Origin: Nitrospirales bacterium
GTDB taxonomy: Bacteria > Nitrospirota > Nitrospiria > Nitrospirales > UBA8639
NCBI GenBank assembly: GCA_963422365.1
Contig: OY729426.1
Coordinates: forward strand, 1,536,001-1,600,000
DNA: 64,000 nucleotides
Direction: 5' to 3'
Shown in pieces: positions 1-11,900 of the stretch. The first letter of the stretch is position 1, and the number at the start of each line of letters is the position of its first letter. The notes below the pieces were generated by a model. The model was given only the letters and a program-made list of their open reading frames with translations, was not told where the DNA came from and did not search any database. The position numbers and the translations under genes are program-made.

Positions 1-17
1 TCCCGTCGCCCGCTCCA
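1..17 (+). tRNA. 3' end of a tRNA, probably tRNA-Gly (truncated by window edge)
   Basis: TCCCGTCGCCCGCTCCA looks like a T-arm 3' strand, acceptor strand and CCA. It sits before tRNA-Thr(GGT)-tuf, as in the usual Thr-Tyr-Gly-Thr-tuf operon. The anticodon is not visible. Confidence 0.6.
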
Positions 18-106
18 ACGGAAACTTGAAGCGTGAAGAGGCAAGTGTGAGGAGCGATGCAGGATGGGTTTTCAACGGTTTACTTCTCCCATTTCACGCA
101 ATCGTG

Positions 107-182
107 GCCCACGTAGCTCAGTTGGCAGAGCACGTCCTTGGTAAGGACGAGGTCACGCGTTCGATCCGCGTCGTGGGCTCCA
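107..182 (+). tRNA. tRNA-Thr(GGT)
   Basis: 76-nt cloverleaf: acceptor GCCCACG/CGTGGGC, anticodon arm CGTCC-TTGGTAA-GGACG, GTTCGA T-loop, encoded CCA. Confidence 0.97.
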
Positions 183-289
183 TTATCTCAACGAAGTGCC
201 ACTGAAATCTATTCTCTTGTGATGGCCTTTTTACTGTTTTGTCTTGCGTGGAAACTAAGCGGTTCCACATGGGGCGACGAAATTTTTTG

Positions 290-1512
290 GGAGGGGGCAG
301 ATGGCGAAGGCGAAATTTAATCGGAAGAAGCCGCATGTCAACGTGGGGACGATCGGGCATGTGGATCATGGGAAGACGACGTTAACCTCGGCGCTGACGA
401 AGGTGATGGGGCAGGAGGGGAAGGCGACGTTTGTCAGCTATGACGAGGTAGCGAAGGCGAGTGAGTCACAGGGGCGGCGGGATCCGACGAAGATTTTGAC
501 GATTGCGATTTCGCATGTGGAGTATGAGACGGACCAGCGGCATTACGCGCATGTGGACTGTCCGGGGCATGCGGATTACGTGAAGAACATGATTACGGGG
601 GCGGCGCAGATGGACGGGGCGATTCTGGTGGTCTCGGCGGCGGATGGGCCAATGCCGCAGACGCGGGAGCATATTCTGTTAGCGCGGCAGGTAGGGGTGC
701 CCTACATGGTGGTGTTTTTGAACAAAGCGGACAAAGTCGAGGATCCGGAATTGTTGGAGTTAGTGGAATTAGAGGTTCGGGAGTTGTTAGCGAAGTACCA
801 ATTTCCGGGGGACGAGATTCCGATTATTGTGGGATCGGCGACGAAGGCGCTGGAGGGGGATGGCAGTGCCGTGGGGGTGCCGTCGATCAAGAAGTTGCTG
901 GAGGAGGTGGATGCCTACGTTCCGACGCCGGCGCGGGCGATTGACAAACCGTTTTTGATGCCGATTGAGGATGTGTTCACGATCAGTGGGCGGGGGACGG
1001 TGGTGACAGGGCGCGTGGAACGGGGGCAAGTGAAAGTGGGCGATGAGATCGAGATTGTGGGGTTAGGGGAGACGCGGAGCACGGTGGTGACGGGCGTAGA
1101 GATGTTCCGGAAGGTGTTGGATGAAGGGCAGGCGGGGGATAATATTGGGGCGTTGTTGCGCGGGACGAAGAAGGATGACGTAGAGCGGGGGATGGTGTTG
1201 GCGAAACCGAAGAGCATGACGCCGCATACGCGGTTCAAGGCGGAAGTGTATGTATTGACGAAGGAAGAAGGAGGGCGGCATACGCCGTTTTTCAATGGGT
1301 ATCGGCCACAGTTTTATTTTCGGACGACGGATGTGACCGGGGTGGTGCAGTTGGTGGAAGGCGTGGAGATGGTGATGCCGGGGGACAATACGACGTTTAC
1401 GGGGGAATTGATTGCGCCGATTGCGATGGAGCAAGGGGTCCGGTTTGCCGTACGAGAAGGAGGGCGAACGGTGGGAGCCGGCGTCGTCACCGACATTCTC
1501 GCCTGAGGAAGG
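290..1512 (+). repeat. Direct repeat copy A (tuf plus RBS and 6 nt of 3' flank); partner at 16371-17593
   Basis: No differences seen by eye; the ORF track gives the same translations in overlapping frames for both copies. Confidence 0.92.
301..1506 (+). CDS. tuf: Elongation factor Tu (copy 1)
   Basis: GHVDHGKT P-loop, DCPGH, NKAD, C-terminal [10 protein letters not shown]. Confidence 0.99.
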   Translation: MAKAKFNRKKPHVNVGTIGHVDHGKTTLTSALTKVMGQEGKATFVSYDEVAKASESQGRRDPTKILTIAISHVEYETDQRHYAHVDCPGHADYVKNMITGAAQMDGAILVVSAADGPMPQTREHILLARQVGVPYMVVFLNKADKVEDPELLELVELEVRELLAKYQFPGDEIPIIVGSATKALEGDGSAVGVPSIKKLLEEVDAYVPTPARAIDKPFLMPIEDVFTISGRGTVVTGRVERGQVKVGDEIEIVGLGETRSTVVTGVEMFRKVLDEGQAGDNIGALLRGTKKDDVERGMVLAKPKSMTPHTRFKAEVYVLTKEEGGRHTPFFNGYRPQFYFRTTDVTGVVQLVEGVEMVMPGDNTTFTGELIAPIAMEQGVRFAVREGGRTVGAGVVTDILA

Positions 1513-1547
1513 TCGATACTTGAGGTCGGCACGAGAGGGGAGGTGTT

Positions 1548-1697
1548 ATGCGGGTCATTATTTCTTTAGCCTGTGGGGAATGTAAGAGGCGTAATTATTC
1601 GACGATGAAGAACAAAAAAAATGATCCTACTCGCTTGGAAGTGAAAAAATATTGCCGGTTCTGCCGAAAACATGTCCCCCATAAGGAAGTAAAATGA
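1548..1697 (+). CDS. rpmG: 50S ribosomal protein L33 (Zn-ribbon type), 49 aa
   Basis: Translated by hand (not in ORF track): [57 protein letters not shown] upstream. Confidence 0.96.
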   Translation: MRVIISLACGECKRRNYSTMKNKKNDPTRLEVKKYCRFCRKHVPHKEVK

Positions 1698-1725
1698 TTG
1701 GGTTCCCCATTGATGAGAGTCATGA

Positions 1726-1801
1726 AGGGGCATGGTGTCAATGGCTAGCATGTCGGTCTCCAAAACCGAAGGTCCGGGTTCGAGTCCTGGTGCCCCTGCC
1801 A
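1726..1801 (+). tRNA. tRNA-Trp(CCA)
   Basis: Acceptor AGGGGCA/TGCCCCT, anticodon arm TCGGT-CTCCAAA-ACCGA, GTTCGAG T-loop, CCA end; usual position before secE. Confidence 0.97.
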
Positions 1802-1846
1802 CCATACGATTGCGTGTTCGAGTAAGGAAGGCGAGATGAAAGCGGC

Positions 1847-2038
1847 ATGAAGATACTCTGGTCGAAAATTACGGAATTTCTCACCGAGGTAAAAGGGGAG
1901 TTGAAGAAGGTTTCGTATCCGACGCGTGATGAAACCATCGGTTCCACCTCGGTGGTGGTCGTGTTTTGTTTTATTATGTCTTTGTACCTCTCGATGGCTG
2001 ATTCCGTTTTAGTGTGGCTGGTCAGTCAAATCCTTTGA
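1847..2038 (+). CDS. secE: Preprotein translocase subunit SecE
   Basis: EVKGELKKVSYPTRDE motif followed by one TM helix; synteny. Confidence 0.95.
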   Translation: MKILWSKITEFLTEVKGELKKVSYPTRDETIGSTSVVVVFCFIMSLYLSMADSVLVWLVSQIL

Positions 2039-2057
2039 AAATTTAAGGTCAGGCTCT

Positions 2058-2597
2058 ATGTCAAAAAATTGGTACGTGATTCACACCTATGCGGGCTATG
2101 AAGGTCGAGTGCGGACTTCCTTGGTTGAGCGAGTAACTCAAATGGGGCTTGAGGAAGAGTTCGGGCAGGTCCTGGTCCCCACTGAGGATGTGATCGAAAT
2201 CAAGGATGGAAAACGTCGCGCGTCCAAGCGAAAGTTTTTCCCCGGGTATGTGCTGGTCGAGTTGCAGTGCCCCGTCAAAGACGCAACGGTGATGATGATA
2301 AAAGAGACTCCCAAGGTCACGGGGTTTGTGGGCGGGGGAGAGGCGAAGCCCATGCCCCTGCCGAGAGAGGAAGCGGATTCTCTTCTGAAGCAAATCGAGT
2401 CTGGTGTTTCTCTTCCTCGAGAGCGAGTCTTTTTTTCCAAAGGCGATAATGTGCGGATCGTTGATGGGCCGTTCATGGGCTTTAACGGCTTAATCGACGA
2501 GGTAGATGACGAGCATAGTCGAGCCAAGGTGTTGGTCAGCATTTTGGGTCGTTCGACTCCGGTCGAATTGGTGTTTACGCAGATAGAGGGGGGATAA
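2058..2597 (+). CDS. nusG: Transcription termination/antitermination factor NusG
   Basis: WYVIHT, FPGYVLV, KOW motif GDNVRIVDGPF. Confidence 0.98.
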   Translation: MSKNWYVIHTYAGYEGRVRTSLVERVTQMGLEEEFGQVLVPTEDVIEIKDGKRRASKRKFFPGYVLVELQCPVKDATVMMIKETPKVTGFVGGGEAKPMPLPREEADSLLKQIESGVSLPRERVFFSKGDNVRIVDGPFMGFNGLIDEVDDEHSRAKVLVSILGRSTPVELVFTQIEGG

Positions 2598-2694
2598 GGT
2601 TGTCGGGAATGCCGTGAATGGTTGTATCCGTGTCGGCAACAGGTGACGTTGTTCGTGAGTCAACGAACTGGCAGAAAAAAAAGAGGATAGAGCG

Positions 2695-3120
2695 ATGGCA
2701 AAAGAGATCATAACGCAAATCAAATTGCAGATTTCCGCGGGGAAGGCCAATCCTGCTCCACCCGTTGGCCCTTCCTTGGGTCAACATGGTCTCAACATTA
2801 TGGATTTCTGCAAGCAATTTAACGCGAAGACCCAAAAGCAGGAAGGAAGCATCATCCCTGTTGTCATTACCGTCTATCGAGACCGGAGTTTTACCTTTAT
2901 TACGAAAACCCCTCCGGCTGCCGACCTCTTGAAGAAAGCGGTGGGGATTATCAAGGGATCCGGGGTTCCGCAGAAGGATAAAGTTGGCGCGATCTCCCGT
3001 GCACAATTACAGGAAATCTCCAAGCAAAAAATGGAAGATTTGAATGCAGTGAATATTGAAGGAGCGATGAAGATTATCGAAGGCACCGCAAGGAGTATGG
3101 GGGTCACGTTGACTGACTAA
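2695..3120 (+). CDS. rplK: 50S ribosomal protein L11
   Basis: [18 protein letters not shown]. Confidence 0.98.
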   Translation: MAKEIITQIKLQISAGKANPAPPVGPSLGQHGLNIMDFCKQFNAKTQKQEGSIIPVVITVYRDRSFTFITKTPPAADLLKKAVGIIKGSGVPQKDKVGAISRAQLQEISKQKMEDLNAVNIEGAMKIIEGTARSMGVTLTD

Positions 3121-3154
3121 CGTGTTCGTTGGTTTTCAAAGGGGAGTGTGAGTC

Positions 3155-3847
3155 GTGGGAAAGCAATTACAGGGCGCGGCAGCAAAAGTTGAGTCTAAAC
3201 TGTACGGTCTCCAGGAGGCGAGTGAATTCGTGAAGCAGGCGGCCTATGCCAAATTTGACGAGACCGTGGAATTAGCCATTCGGTTAGGCGTTGATCCGAA
3301 ACGCGCAGACCAAATGGTGCGTGGCACGACGGTTTTACCTCATGGCACGGGGAAAAAGGTCAGGATTTTGGTGTTTGCCAAAGGGGAAAAAGAGCAAGAA
3401 GCCAGGCAGGCTGGTGCCGATTTTGTGGGTGTTGATGATTTGTTGGAAAAAATTAAAGGGGGATGGTTGGATTTTGATCAAGCCATTTCCACTCCTGACC
3501 TGATGGCTTCTGTCGGAAAATTGGGAAAAGTGTTGGGGCCACGTGGTCTGATGCCCAACCCCAAGACAGGAACCGTGACATTTGAAGTGGGGAAGGCGAT
3601 CGAGGAAATCCGGAAAGGTCGGGTCGAGTACAAAGTGGATAAGGCCGGGAGCGTCCATGTGCCGATCGGCAAAGTTTCGTTTGCCGTATCGCAAATCACC
3701 GAAAATGCGCAGGCGGTTTTTACGTCGGTGGTGAAGGCAAAGCCCTCCTCAAGTAAGGGGAAGTATCTTAAGGGTGCGACCATGTCGAGCACCATGGGGC
3801 CGGGTGTTCCCTTGGAATGTACGACCCTGGCTCGCCAATTTGATTAG
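3155..3847 (+). CDS. rplA: 50S ribosomal protein L1
   Basis: [30 protein letters not shown] start. Confidence 0.98.
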   Translation: MGKQLQGAAAKVESKLYGLQEASEFVKQAAYAKFDETVELAIRLGVDPKRADQMVRGTTVLPHGTGKKVRILVFAKGEKEQEARQAGADFVGVDDLLEKIKGGWLDFDQAISTPDLMASVGKLGKVLGPRGLMPNPKTGTVTFEVGKAIEEIRKGRVEYKVDKAGSVHVPIGKVSFAVSQITENAQAVFTSVVKAKPSSSKGKYLKGATMSSTMGPGVPLECTTLARQFD

Positions 3848-3871
3848 TCGCGGTGTAAAAAGGAGCCGGGC

Positions 3872-4804
3872 ATGAAAAAGGAACAGAAGGCAGGGGTGGT
3901 TTCCGATTTGCACGAGAAGTTTGTTAAGGCCAGGTTGGCCGTGGTGACGGAATGTGGAGGGATGCCGGTTAATCAAGTGACTCAGTTGCGACGTCAACTT
4001 CGTGGATCTCAGGCAGAGTTGAAAGTGGTGAAGAATTCCTTGGCTGCGAGGGCTGCGGTGGGGACCTCGTTATTGCCCGTCGTGTCGTTGCTGAAGGGGC
4101 AAGTCGCGGTGGTCATCGGCTACGATGATCCGATTTTGCCTGCCAAAATTCTTCGGGATTTTATTAAGCGAGAAAAATGCGATGGGAAAATTCTTTGGCG
4201 GGGTGGTGTCATAGAAGGAAAAGCTCTTGAGCCTGCACAACTGCTCGTGACAGCGGATTTGCCTTCCAAAGAGGTTTTGCTATCAACGCTGGTGTCTGCT
4301 ATGCAAGGGCCTCTTCGAGGAATGGTGGGAGTGCTTCAAGGGATTTTACGAGGATTTGCTGCCGTGCTGGTTGCGATTCAAGACAAAAAGAAAGGAGAAG
4401 GAGAAATGGCTGCAACGGAGGCAAAGCTTTCCAAAGATGACATTCTGGGGGCCGTTGAAAGCATGACGGTTTTAGAGTTGTCTGAACTGGTCAAGGGATT
4501 TGAAGAAAAATTCGGCGTGACGGCAGCGGCGCCGGTCGTGGTAGCTGCACCGGCTGCAGGGGATGGTGCGGCTCAGGCTGCCGAAGAAAAAGACTCCTTT
4601 GATGTGGTGTTAGCCAGTGCCCCGGCTGACAAGAAAATTCAAGTCATTAAAGTGGTGCGCGAGATCACCGGGCTTGGGTTGAAAGAAGCCAAAGATTTAG
4701 TGGAAGGGGCACCCAAACCGGTCAAAGAAGGTGCGGCAAAAGATGAGGCGGAAACGCTTAAGAAGAAACTCACGGATGTAGGGGCTACAGTCGAAGTCAA
4801 GTAG
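3872..4804 (+). CDS. rplJ: In-frame fusion ORF: ribosomal protein L10 (aa 1-178) plus L7/L12 (aa 179-310)
   Basis: L10 motifs ([20 protein letters not shown]) read without a stop codon into L12 ([19 protein letters not shown]...[24 protein letters not shown]). Confidence 0.93.
   Translation: MKKEQKAGVVSDLHEKFVKARLAVVTECGGMPVNQVTQLRRQLRGSQAELKVVKNSLAARAAVGTSLLPVVSLLKGQVAVVIGYDDPILPAKILRDFIKREKCDGKILWRGGVIEGKALEPAQLLVTADLPSKEVLLSTLVSAMQGPLRGMVGVLQGILRGFAAVLVAIQDKKKGEGEMAATEAKLSKDDILGAVESMTVLELSELVKGFEEKFGVTAAAPVVVAAPAAGDGAAQAAEEKDSFDVVLASAPADKKIQVIKVVREITGLGLKEAKDLVEGAPKPVKEGAAKDEAETLKKKLTDVGATVEVK
4406..4804 (+). CDS. rplL: 50S ribosomal protein L7/L12 from an internal start inside the fusion ORF
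   Basis: In-frame ATG at 4406, AAGGAG at 4392-4397 (8-nt spacing); complete L12 sequence, 132 aa. Confidence 0.9.
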   Translation: MAATEAKLSKDDILGAVESMTVLELSELVKGFEEKFGVTAAAPVVVAAPAAGDGAAQAAEEKDSFDVVLASAPADKKIQVIKVVREITGLGLKEAKDLVEGAPKPVKEGAAKDEAETLKKKLTDVGATVEVK

Positions 4805-4887
4805 TGGGCGAGGTTTGATGCGGGAGCATTTCCCCTGGTTGCTCAGGACAGGTTGTATTACAAGCATAGATGCAGAAGGAGCCGAAT

Positions 4888-7800
4888 ATGCCTCAACCTC
4901 CATTGCCGGGAATCATCAAGCGCACTGATTTTTCGAAAATTCAGTCGACGATTGACATTCCTGACCTCGTCGAAGTTCAAAAACGCTCATACGAGGGGTT
5001 TTTGCAAAAAGATACCGACCCTGAGCGTCGTGCGGAAAAGGGGCTTCAAGCCGCGCTCATGAGTGTCTTTCCCATTGCAGATTTTAATAGTTCAGCCATT
5101 CTGGAATTTTCCAGTTATTCGCTGGGAACGCCCAAGTACGATATGCGAGAATGTTTGGAGCAGGGCATGACCCTTGCCGCCCCGTTAAAGCTACGAATCC
5201 GGCTGGTGGTATTTGATCCGCAGGAAAAGGGGGTAAAGAACAGCAAGGTGCTTGATGTCCGAGAGCAGGAAGTGTACGTGGGCGAGCTTCCTCTGATGAC
5301 GGATCGGGGAACGTTTATTATTAACGGCACGGAGCGGGTGGTGGTGAGTCAGTTGCACCGTTCTCCCGGTGCATCGTTTAGTCATGATAAAGGGCGTACC
5401 CATTCCAGTGGCAAAGTCTTGTTTTCCGCGCGCATCATTCCGTATCGAGGGTCCTGGTTGGATTTCGAGTTTGACGCGCGGGATATTTTGTACGTCCGCA
5501 TCGATCGCCGACGCAAAATGCCCGCCACGATCTTGTTGAAGGCGTTTGGCTCGTCAACGGATGACGTGCTGAAGATGTATTATCCCATTGAGGACATTCG
5601 GGTTTCAGATGGGAAACTGATGCGGAAGGTGGATCCTGAACTTCACGTGGGATTGCGTTCGTCAGTCGAAGTCTTCGAGGGGGACGGTAAGGACCTCATT
5701 GTGCGAGAAGGGACGAGGCTCACCAAGTCGTTAATGGCAAAAGTTCTGGCGGCCGGTGTGAAAGAGATCCAGGTGAAGCCGGAAGAATTGGTTGGGCGAG
5801 CGGTGTTGACGGAAATTCTGGATGTGGAAAAGGGAGAGGTGCTGGTTGAAAAAAATCAACGGTTGACTTTGCCCATGATTGAACGGCTTCTTGCATTGAA
5901 GCCTTTTAGTTTCAAGGTGATTTATTTGGATAGTGCGGCGGCTACACCGATCATTTTAGATACCTTGGATGCTGAACGGACGAATTCTCAAAAGGAAGCC
6001 TGGGTGGAAATCTACAAACGACTTCGACCGGGAGAAATGCCTTCCGTAGATTCGGCCAAGCTCTTGTTTGAAAACTTGTTTGTCAACCCTAAGCGGTATG
6101 ATCTGTCTCCAGTCGGACGGCTGAAGATGAATAACCGTTTTTCGTTGGACCTTCCTCTCCTCCAGCGGGTGCTCACCTCGCAAGATGTGGTGGAAGTGAT
6201 CCGCTGTCTCGTCGAATTAAAAATGGGTAAAGGCGATGTGGATGACATTGATCATTTGGGGAATCGTCGGGTTCGGACCGTCGGAGAATTGCTCGAGAAT
6301 CAGATTCGGTTGGGATTAGCCCGAATGGAGCGTAGCATTAAAGAACGGATGAATCTACTCGACATGGAGACAGTGCTGCCGCACGACTTGATTAATGCCA
6401 AACCCATTGTGGCCGCCATTAAAGAATTTTTTGCCGGCAGTCAGTTGTCGCAGTTTATGGATCAAACGAACCCTTTAGCTGAAATTACCCATAAGCGAAG
6501 ACTGTCTGCCTTGGGGCCTGGCGGGCTTACTCGTGAGCGCGCGGGGTTTGAAGTGCGCGACGTCCATCCGTCCCACTATAGTCGTATTTGCCCTATCGAA
6601 ACCCCTGAAGGGCCGAATATCGGGCTCATCACCTCGTTGGCGACCTATGCGCGAATTAACGAATTCGGGTTCATTGAAGCCCCATTTCGAAAAGTCCAAA
6701 AGGGACGTGTCTTGCGGGATGTCGAATTTCTTTCTCCCTTGGAAGGAGAACGCTACGTCATTGCCCAAGCCAATTCCCAAGTGGATTCAGCCGGTCGCTT
6801 GTTGTCCGATTCGGTGACGGCAAGGTCTGAGGGAGAGTTTATTTCCACGACGCCGGATCGAGTTGATTATGTGGACGTGTCCCCGAAGCAAGTGGTCAGT
6901 GTCGCAACCGCGTTGATACCCTTTCTCGAGCATGACGACGCAAACCGTGCGTTAATGGGGTCGAATATGCAGCGTCAGGCTGTGCCACTCGTGCAGAGTG
7001 AGTCGCCGCTGGTCGGAACCGGCATGGAAGCCGTGGTGGCTCGCGATTCCGGGTACGTTGAACAAGCCAGACGAGATGGGGTCGTGGAAAGCGTGGATGC
7101 CAGACGTATTGTGGTGCGAACTGAGCTTGGCAAGCTGGACGAGGGAAAAAAGAAGGCCGGACGCTTTTGGGATACGTATGACTTAGTGAAATTTCAACGA
7201 ACCAATCAAAATACGTGCGTGACCCAAACCCCGATCGTGAAAGTTGGGCAGCCGGTGAAAAAAGGGCAAGTGTTGGCGGATGGGCCAGCCATCGATCGTG
7301 GAGAGTTGGCTTTAGGAAAAAACATCTTGGTCGGATTCATGCCCTGGGGCGGATACAACTTCGAAGACGCGATTTTGCTGAGCGAGCGACTGGTTCGCGA
7401 AGATACCTTTACGTCTATCCACATTGAAGAGTTTGAGGTTGAAGCCCGTGATACCAAATTAGGGAAGGAAGAGATTACCCGCGATATTCCCAACCTGGGC
7501 GAAGAGGCCCTAAGAAACCTTGATGAAAGCGGGATCGTTCGAATCGGGGCTGAGGTCAAGGCTGGAGACATCCTGGTTGGAAAAGTGACCCCCAAGGGTG
7601 AAACGCAATTGACCCCGGAAGAAAAGTTGCTTCGAGCGATCTTTGGAGAAAAAGCCGGTGATGTCAAAGATACGTCCCTTCAAGTTCCTCCGGGAATTGA
7701 GGGGATTGTGGTGGATGTCAAGATTTTCTCCAGAAAAGGGATTGATAAGGACGAGCGTTCGAAGAATATTGAATCCCAAGATCGCGTGAAAATTGAACGG

Positions 7801-8859
7801 AATTATCAGGATGAACTCCACATCATCGAGGATGAGCGGACTAAAAAAATTCGGAAACTTCTCCTCGGGCAAGTGGTGGGCCGTGACTTGATGGATCCCG
7901 AAAGCGGCGAGGTCCTTTTAAAGAAAAAAGGAAAAATCACGACGGATGTCTTGCGGAAACTTCCTGATGATGACGTACGTCACGTGACGTTAGGTGACGC
8001 GGAAGAGCAACGCAAGCTTGAGGATATTGAGCGGGCGGTCAAGGATCAAATTGAGAGTCTGCAAACCTTCTATGACGAAAAGGTCGGTCGACTTCGGCGT
8101 GGTGACGAGTTGCCCCCGGGCGTCATCAAGTTAGTGAAAGTCTATCTTGCGATTAAGCGGAAAATTTCCGTTGGGGATAAGATGGCCGGACGTCATGGAA
8201 ACAAGGGCGTGGTCTCTCGGATTCTTCCCGAAGAAGACATGCCCTATTTGCCTGATGGGACTCCGATCGAAGTCGTGCTCAATCCGCTTGGGGTTCCGTC
8301 ACGGATGAATGTCGGACAGATTTTGGAAACGCATTTAGGGTGGTCCGCCAGGGCCTTGGGGATCTATGCCGCCAGTCCTGTATTTGATGGAGCGACGGAG
8401 GCGGAGATTAAAGAATTATTAAAGGAAGCGGGATTGCCGGAAAACGGTCAATCGGTGGTGTATGACGGTCGTACTGGTGAGTCGTTTAAAAGTCCGGTGA
8501 CGGTTGGCTATGTCTATATGATGAAGTTGCACCACTTGGTCGATGATAAGATTCATGCCCGATCCATTGGCCCATATTCGTTGGTGACGCAGCAACCACT
8601 GGGTGGAAAGGCCCAGTTCGGCGGTCAGCGTTTGGGCGAAATGGAAGTATGGGCCCTTCAGGCCTATGGAGCGGCCTCCACGCTTCAAGAGTTTTTGACC
8701 GTGAAGTCCGATGACGTGCCGGGACGGTCGAGAATGTATGAAGCGATTGTCAAGGGAGAAAATTTCTTAGAGCCTGGCTTGCCGGAGTCGTTTAACGTGT
8801 TGGTGAAAGAATTACAAAGCCTGGGGTTGGATGTTGAGTTGATGAAATCTGCCGAGTAA
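4888..8859 (+). CDS. rpoB: RNA polymerase beta subunit
   Basis: [30 protein letters not shown]; start placed at ATG 4888 after AGGAG. Confidence 0.99.
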   Translation: MPQPPLPGIIKRTDFSKIQSTIDIPDLVEVQKRSYEGFLQKDTDPERRAEKGLQAALMSVFPIADFNSSAILEFSSYSLGTPKYDMRECLEQGMTLAAPLKLRIRLVVFDPQEKGVKNSKVLDVREQEVYVGELPLMTDRGTFIINGTERVVVSQLHRSPGASFSHDKGRTHSSGKVLFSARIIPYRGSWLDFEFDARDILYVRIDRRRKMPATILLKAFGSSTDDVLKMYYPIEDIRVSDGKLMRKVDPELHVGLRSSVEVFEGDGKDLIVREGTRLTKSLMAKVLAAGVKEIQVKPEELVGRAVLTEILDVEKGEVLVEKNQRLTLPMIERLLALKPFSFKVIYLDSAAATPIILDTLDAERTNSQKEAWVEIYKRLRPGEMPSVDSAKLLFENLFVNPKRYDLSPVGRLKMNNRFSLDLPLLQRVLTSQDVVEVIRCLVELKMGKGDVDDIDHLGNRRVRTVGELLENQIRLGLARMERSIKERMNLLDMETVLPHDLINAKPIVAAIKEFFAGSQLSQFMDQTNPLAEITHKRRLSALGPGGLTRERAGFEVRDVHPSHYSRICPIETPEGPNIGLITSLATYARINEFGFIEAPFRKVQKGRVLRDVEFLSPLEGERYVIAQANSQVDSAGRLLSDSVTARSEGEFISTTPDRVDYVDVSPKQVVSVATALIPFLEHDDANRALMGSNMQRQAVPLVQSESPLVGTGMEAVVARDSGYVEQARRDGVVESVDARRIVVRTELGKLDEGKKKAGRFWDTYDLVKFQRTNQNTCVTQTPIVKVGQPVKKGQVLADGPAIDRGELALGKNILVGFMPWGGYNFEDAILLSERLVREDTFTSIHIEEFEVEARDTKLGKEEITRDIPNLGEEALRNLDESGIVRIGAEVKAGDILVGKVTPKGETQLTPEEKLLRAIFGEKAGDVKDTSLQVPPGIEGIVVDVKIFSRKGIDKDERSKNIESQDRVKIERNYQDELHIIEDERTKKIRKLLLGQVVGRDLMDPESGEVLLKKKGKITTDVLRKLPDDDVRHVTLGDAEEQRKLEDIERAVKDQIESLQTFYDEKVGRLRRGDELPPGVIKLVKVYLAIKRKISVGDKMAGRHGNKGVVSRILPEEDMPYLPDGTPIEVVLNPLGVPSRMNVGQILETHLGWSARALGIYAASPVFDGATEAEIKELLKEAGLPENGQSVVYDGRTGESFKSPVTVGYVYMMKLHHLVDDKIHARSIGPYSLVTQQPLGGKAQFGGQRLGEMEVWALQAYGAASTLQEFLTVKSDDVPGRSRMYEAIVKGENFLEPGLPESFNVLVKELQSLGLDVELMKSAE

Positions 8860-8920
8860 CTCAGTCATATGCCACTCATGTCACGAGTGCTTCTCAGTTT
8901 CTTGAGAGGAGGTTAGAGCC

Positions 8921-11900
8921 TTGGAAAGCGTCTATGCTCTGTTTGAAAGACCGCGCGATGCGATGTCCTTCGATGCCATGTGTATTCGAATTGCGTCGCC
9001 AGAAAAAATTCGTTCGTGGTCGTATGGAGAAGTCAAAAAACCGGAAACGATCAATTATCGGTCCTTTAAGCCGGAAAAAGATGGATTGTTTTGTGCGAAA
9101 ATTTTTGGACCGACCAAAGATTGGGAGTGTAATTGCGGAAAATACAAGCGAATGAAGCATCGCGGTATTGTCTGCGACAAGTGCGGAGTCGAGGTCATTC
9201 AATCGAAAGTGCGGCGGGAGCGTATGGGACATATTGAGTTGGCCGCGCCCGTTGCTCACATCTGGTTTTTAAAAGGGGTGCCGAGTCGGATTGGGATCCT
9301 TTTGGATATGAGTCTCAAGCAACTGGAAAAGATTCTCTATTTTGAGGCGTATGTCGTCATTGACCCCCTGGAGACCCCGCTCAAGGAAAAAGATCTGCTC
9401 ACGGAAGAAAAATACCGTGAATGTGTGGATCAGTACGGACCACAGGCCTTTCGTGTCGGCATTGGGGCTGAAGCCATTCGTGAATTGCTGAGAACAGTTG
9501 AGATCGAAGCCCTGTGGGCTGAGCGCCATGAGAAGGTCAGAGTCACGACCTCTGCGGCATTGAGCAAGAAGATTACGAAACGCCTGAAAGTCATCGAGGC
9601 TTTTCATAAGTCAGGCAATAACCCGGAATGGATGATTCTGGACGTCATCCCGGTTCTTCCGCCTGAGCTGAGGCCGCTGGTGCCGTTGGATGGCGGGCGT
9701 TTTGCCACGTCGGACTTAAACGATCTTTATCGACGAGTGATCAATCGCAATAACCGGTTGAAGCGGTTAATGGAATTGAAGGCGCCCGGCGTGATTGTTC
9801 GCAATGAAATGAGAATGTTGCAGGAAGCCGTGGATGCACTTTTTGATAATGGTCGACGAGGGCGGACGATTCGTGGGGCCAATAAGCGACCCTTGAAGTC
9901 CCTCAGTGATATGCTTAAAGGCAAGCAGGGCCGGTTTCGTCAAAATCTCTTGGGAAAACGGGTTGACTACTCGGGTCGTTCGGTGATTGTGGTTGGGCCG
10001 GAACTGAAATTGAATCAATGCGGGTTGCCCAAGAAAATGGCTTTGGAATTATTTAAGCCGTTTATCTTCCACAAGTTGGAAGAGCGTGGAGCGGCGACCA
10101 CCATCAAAAGTGCGAAACGCCTTGTGGAAAAGGAGCGTCCCGAAGTCTGGGATGTGTTGGACGAAGTGATTCGAGAGCACCCGGTTATTCTGAATCGAGC
10201 CCCTACGCTCCATCGTTTGGGCATGCAGGCGTTTGATCCCGTGCTGGTCGAAGGCAAGGCCATTCGCTTGCATCCCTTAGTGTGCGCGGCGTTTAACGCG
10301 GACTTCGATGGTGACCAGATGGCGGTTCACGTTCCGCTGTCGGTTGAGGCGCAAATCGAAGCTCGCGTCTTGATCATGTCCATCAATAACGTCTTGTCGC
10401 CAGCGAATGGCCGCCCACTTGCTGTTCCCTCTCAGGACATGGTGTTGGGTTGTTATTGGTTGACTCAGGAGCGACCGGGAGCGATGGGTGAAGGGAAGAT
10501 GTTGTATTCACCCGAGGAAGTGCGAATTGCCTATGATGCCGGCCAACTGGACGAACAAGCTAAGGTCAAAGTGCGAATTGAAGGGGTCTTAGTCGAAACG
10601 ACCGTCGGTCGCGTGCTGTTTGGGGAAATCCTTCCTGCCTCCATAGAATTTTCACACGTCAATCAAGTCATGACCAAGAAGGAAATGACGAAACTGATCG
10701 ATGCGGTCTATCGTGAAGTCGGGGTGCACGAAACGGTCAGGATGCTCGATAAGCTGAAGGATCTTGGTTTTTACTACGCCACCAAAGCCGGGGTCTCTCT
10801 CTGCATTGACAATATGCATATCCCGACCCAAAAGGAGGTGCTACTGGATAACGCGCAAAAGGAAGTGTCCGAGGTTGAGCGTCAATACAGTGAGGGGCTT
10901 ATCACGAACGGTGAGCGCTACAACAAGGTCATTGATATCTGGGCCCATGTGAGTGAACGGGTTGCCACTGAGATGATGAAGGAAATTAAAGCCGGTGGCG
11001 GGCAAGGACCGGATGATACCTTGAATCCCATCTTTATGATGGCTGATTCCGGCGCGCGAGGGAGTTCACAGCAAATTCGGCAGTTGGGTGGGATGCGGGG
11101 CTTGATGGCGAAGCCGTCTGGTGAAATTATTGAGACCCCCATCACCGCCAACTTCCGGGAAGGGCTCACGGTACTCCAATATTTCATCTCGACACACGGG
11201 GCGCGCAAAGGGTTGGCTGACACGGCTCTCAAAACGGCAAACTCTGGGTACCTCACGAGGCGGCTGGTGGATATTTCACAGGATGTCATCGTGAGTGAAG
11301 AAGATTGCAAGACGGCCGATGGGATTGATGTCTCTGCCTTGGTCGAAGGTGGAGAAGTGATTCAGCCGATTGAAGAACGGATTTTAGGCCGTATTGTGGC
11401 GGAAGATATTCTTGATCCTTTAACCGGTGACGTTGTGGTGGCGGGGAATGAAGAGCTAGATGAAGCGCGCGTGAAGGCCGTGGTTGAAGCAGGCATCGGA
11501 CATGTCCGCATCCGATCGGTGTTGACCTGTCAATCCCGGTGGGGCGTGTGCGTGAAGTGTTACGGTCGGGATTTAGCCAGGGGAAAGTTGGTCGAACTGG
11601 GCGAGCCTGTGGGGGTGACTGCGGCGCAGTCTATCGGGGAGCCCGGTACGCAGTTAACCATGCGGACCTTCCACATTGGAGGGACGGCCAGTAAAGTCGT
11701 GGAACAAAGCGTGGTCGAGTCTCGACACGATGGGGTCTTGAGATACCTCAGTTTTGATGCCAAGAAAAATGCAGATTTTCATAATCGTCACACGGCGGTT
11801 CAGAATAAGCAGGGCGAATGGGTGGTCATGAATCGAAACGCGAAGATTGCCGTCTATGATGACTCCGGACGAGAGCGGGAAAAGTATCCGGTTGTCTCTG

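Noticed and set aside
118..369. ORFs overlapping tRNA-Thr, and those over tRNA-Trp (1566-1947)
   Set aside because: They are translations of tRNA genes or antisense shadows of real genes.
2599..2640. Imperfect inverted repeat after nusG as an L1-binding leader
   Set aside because: A hairpin is possible, but I could not identify the L1-site consensus with confidence.
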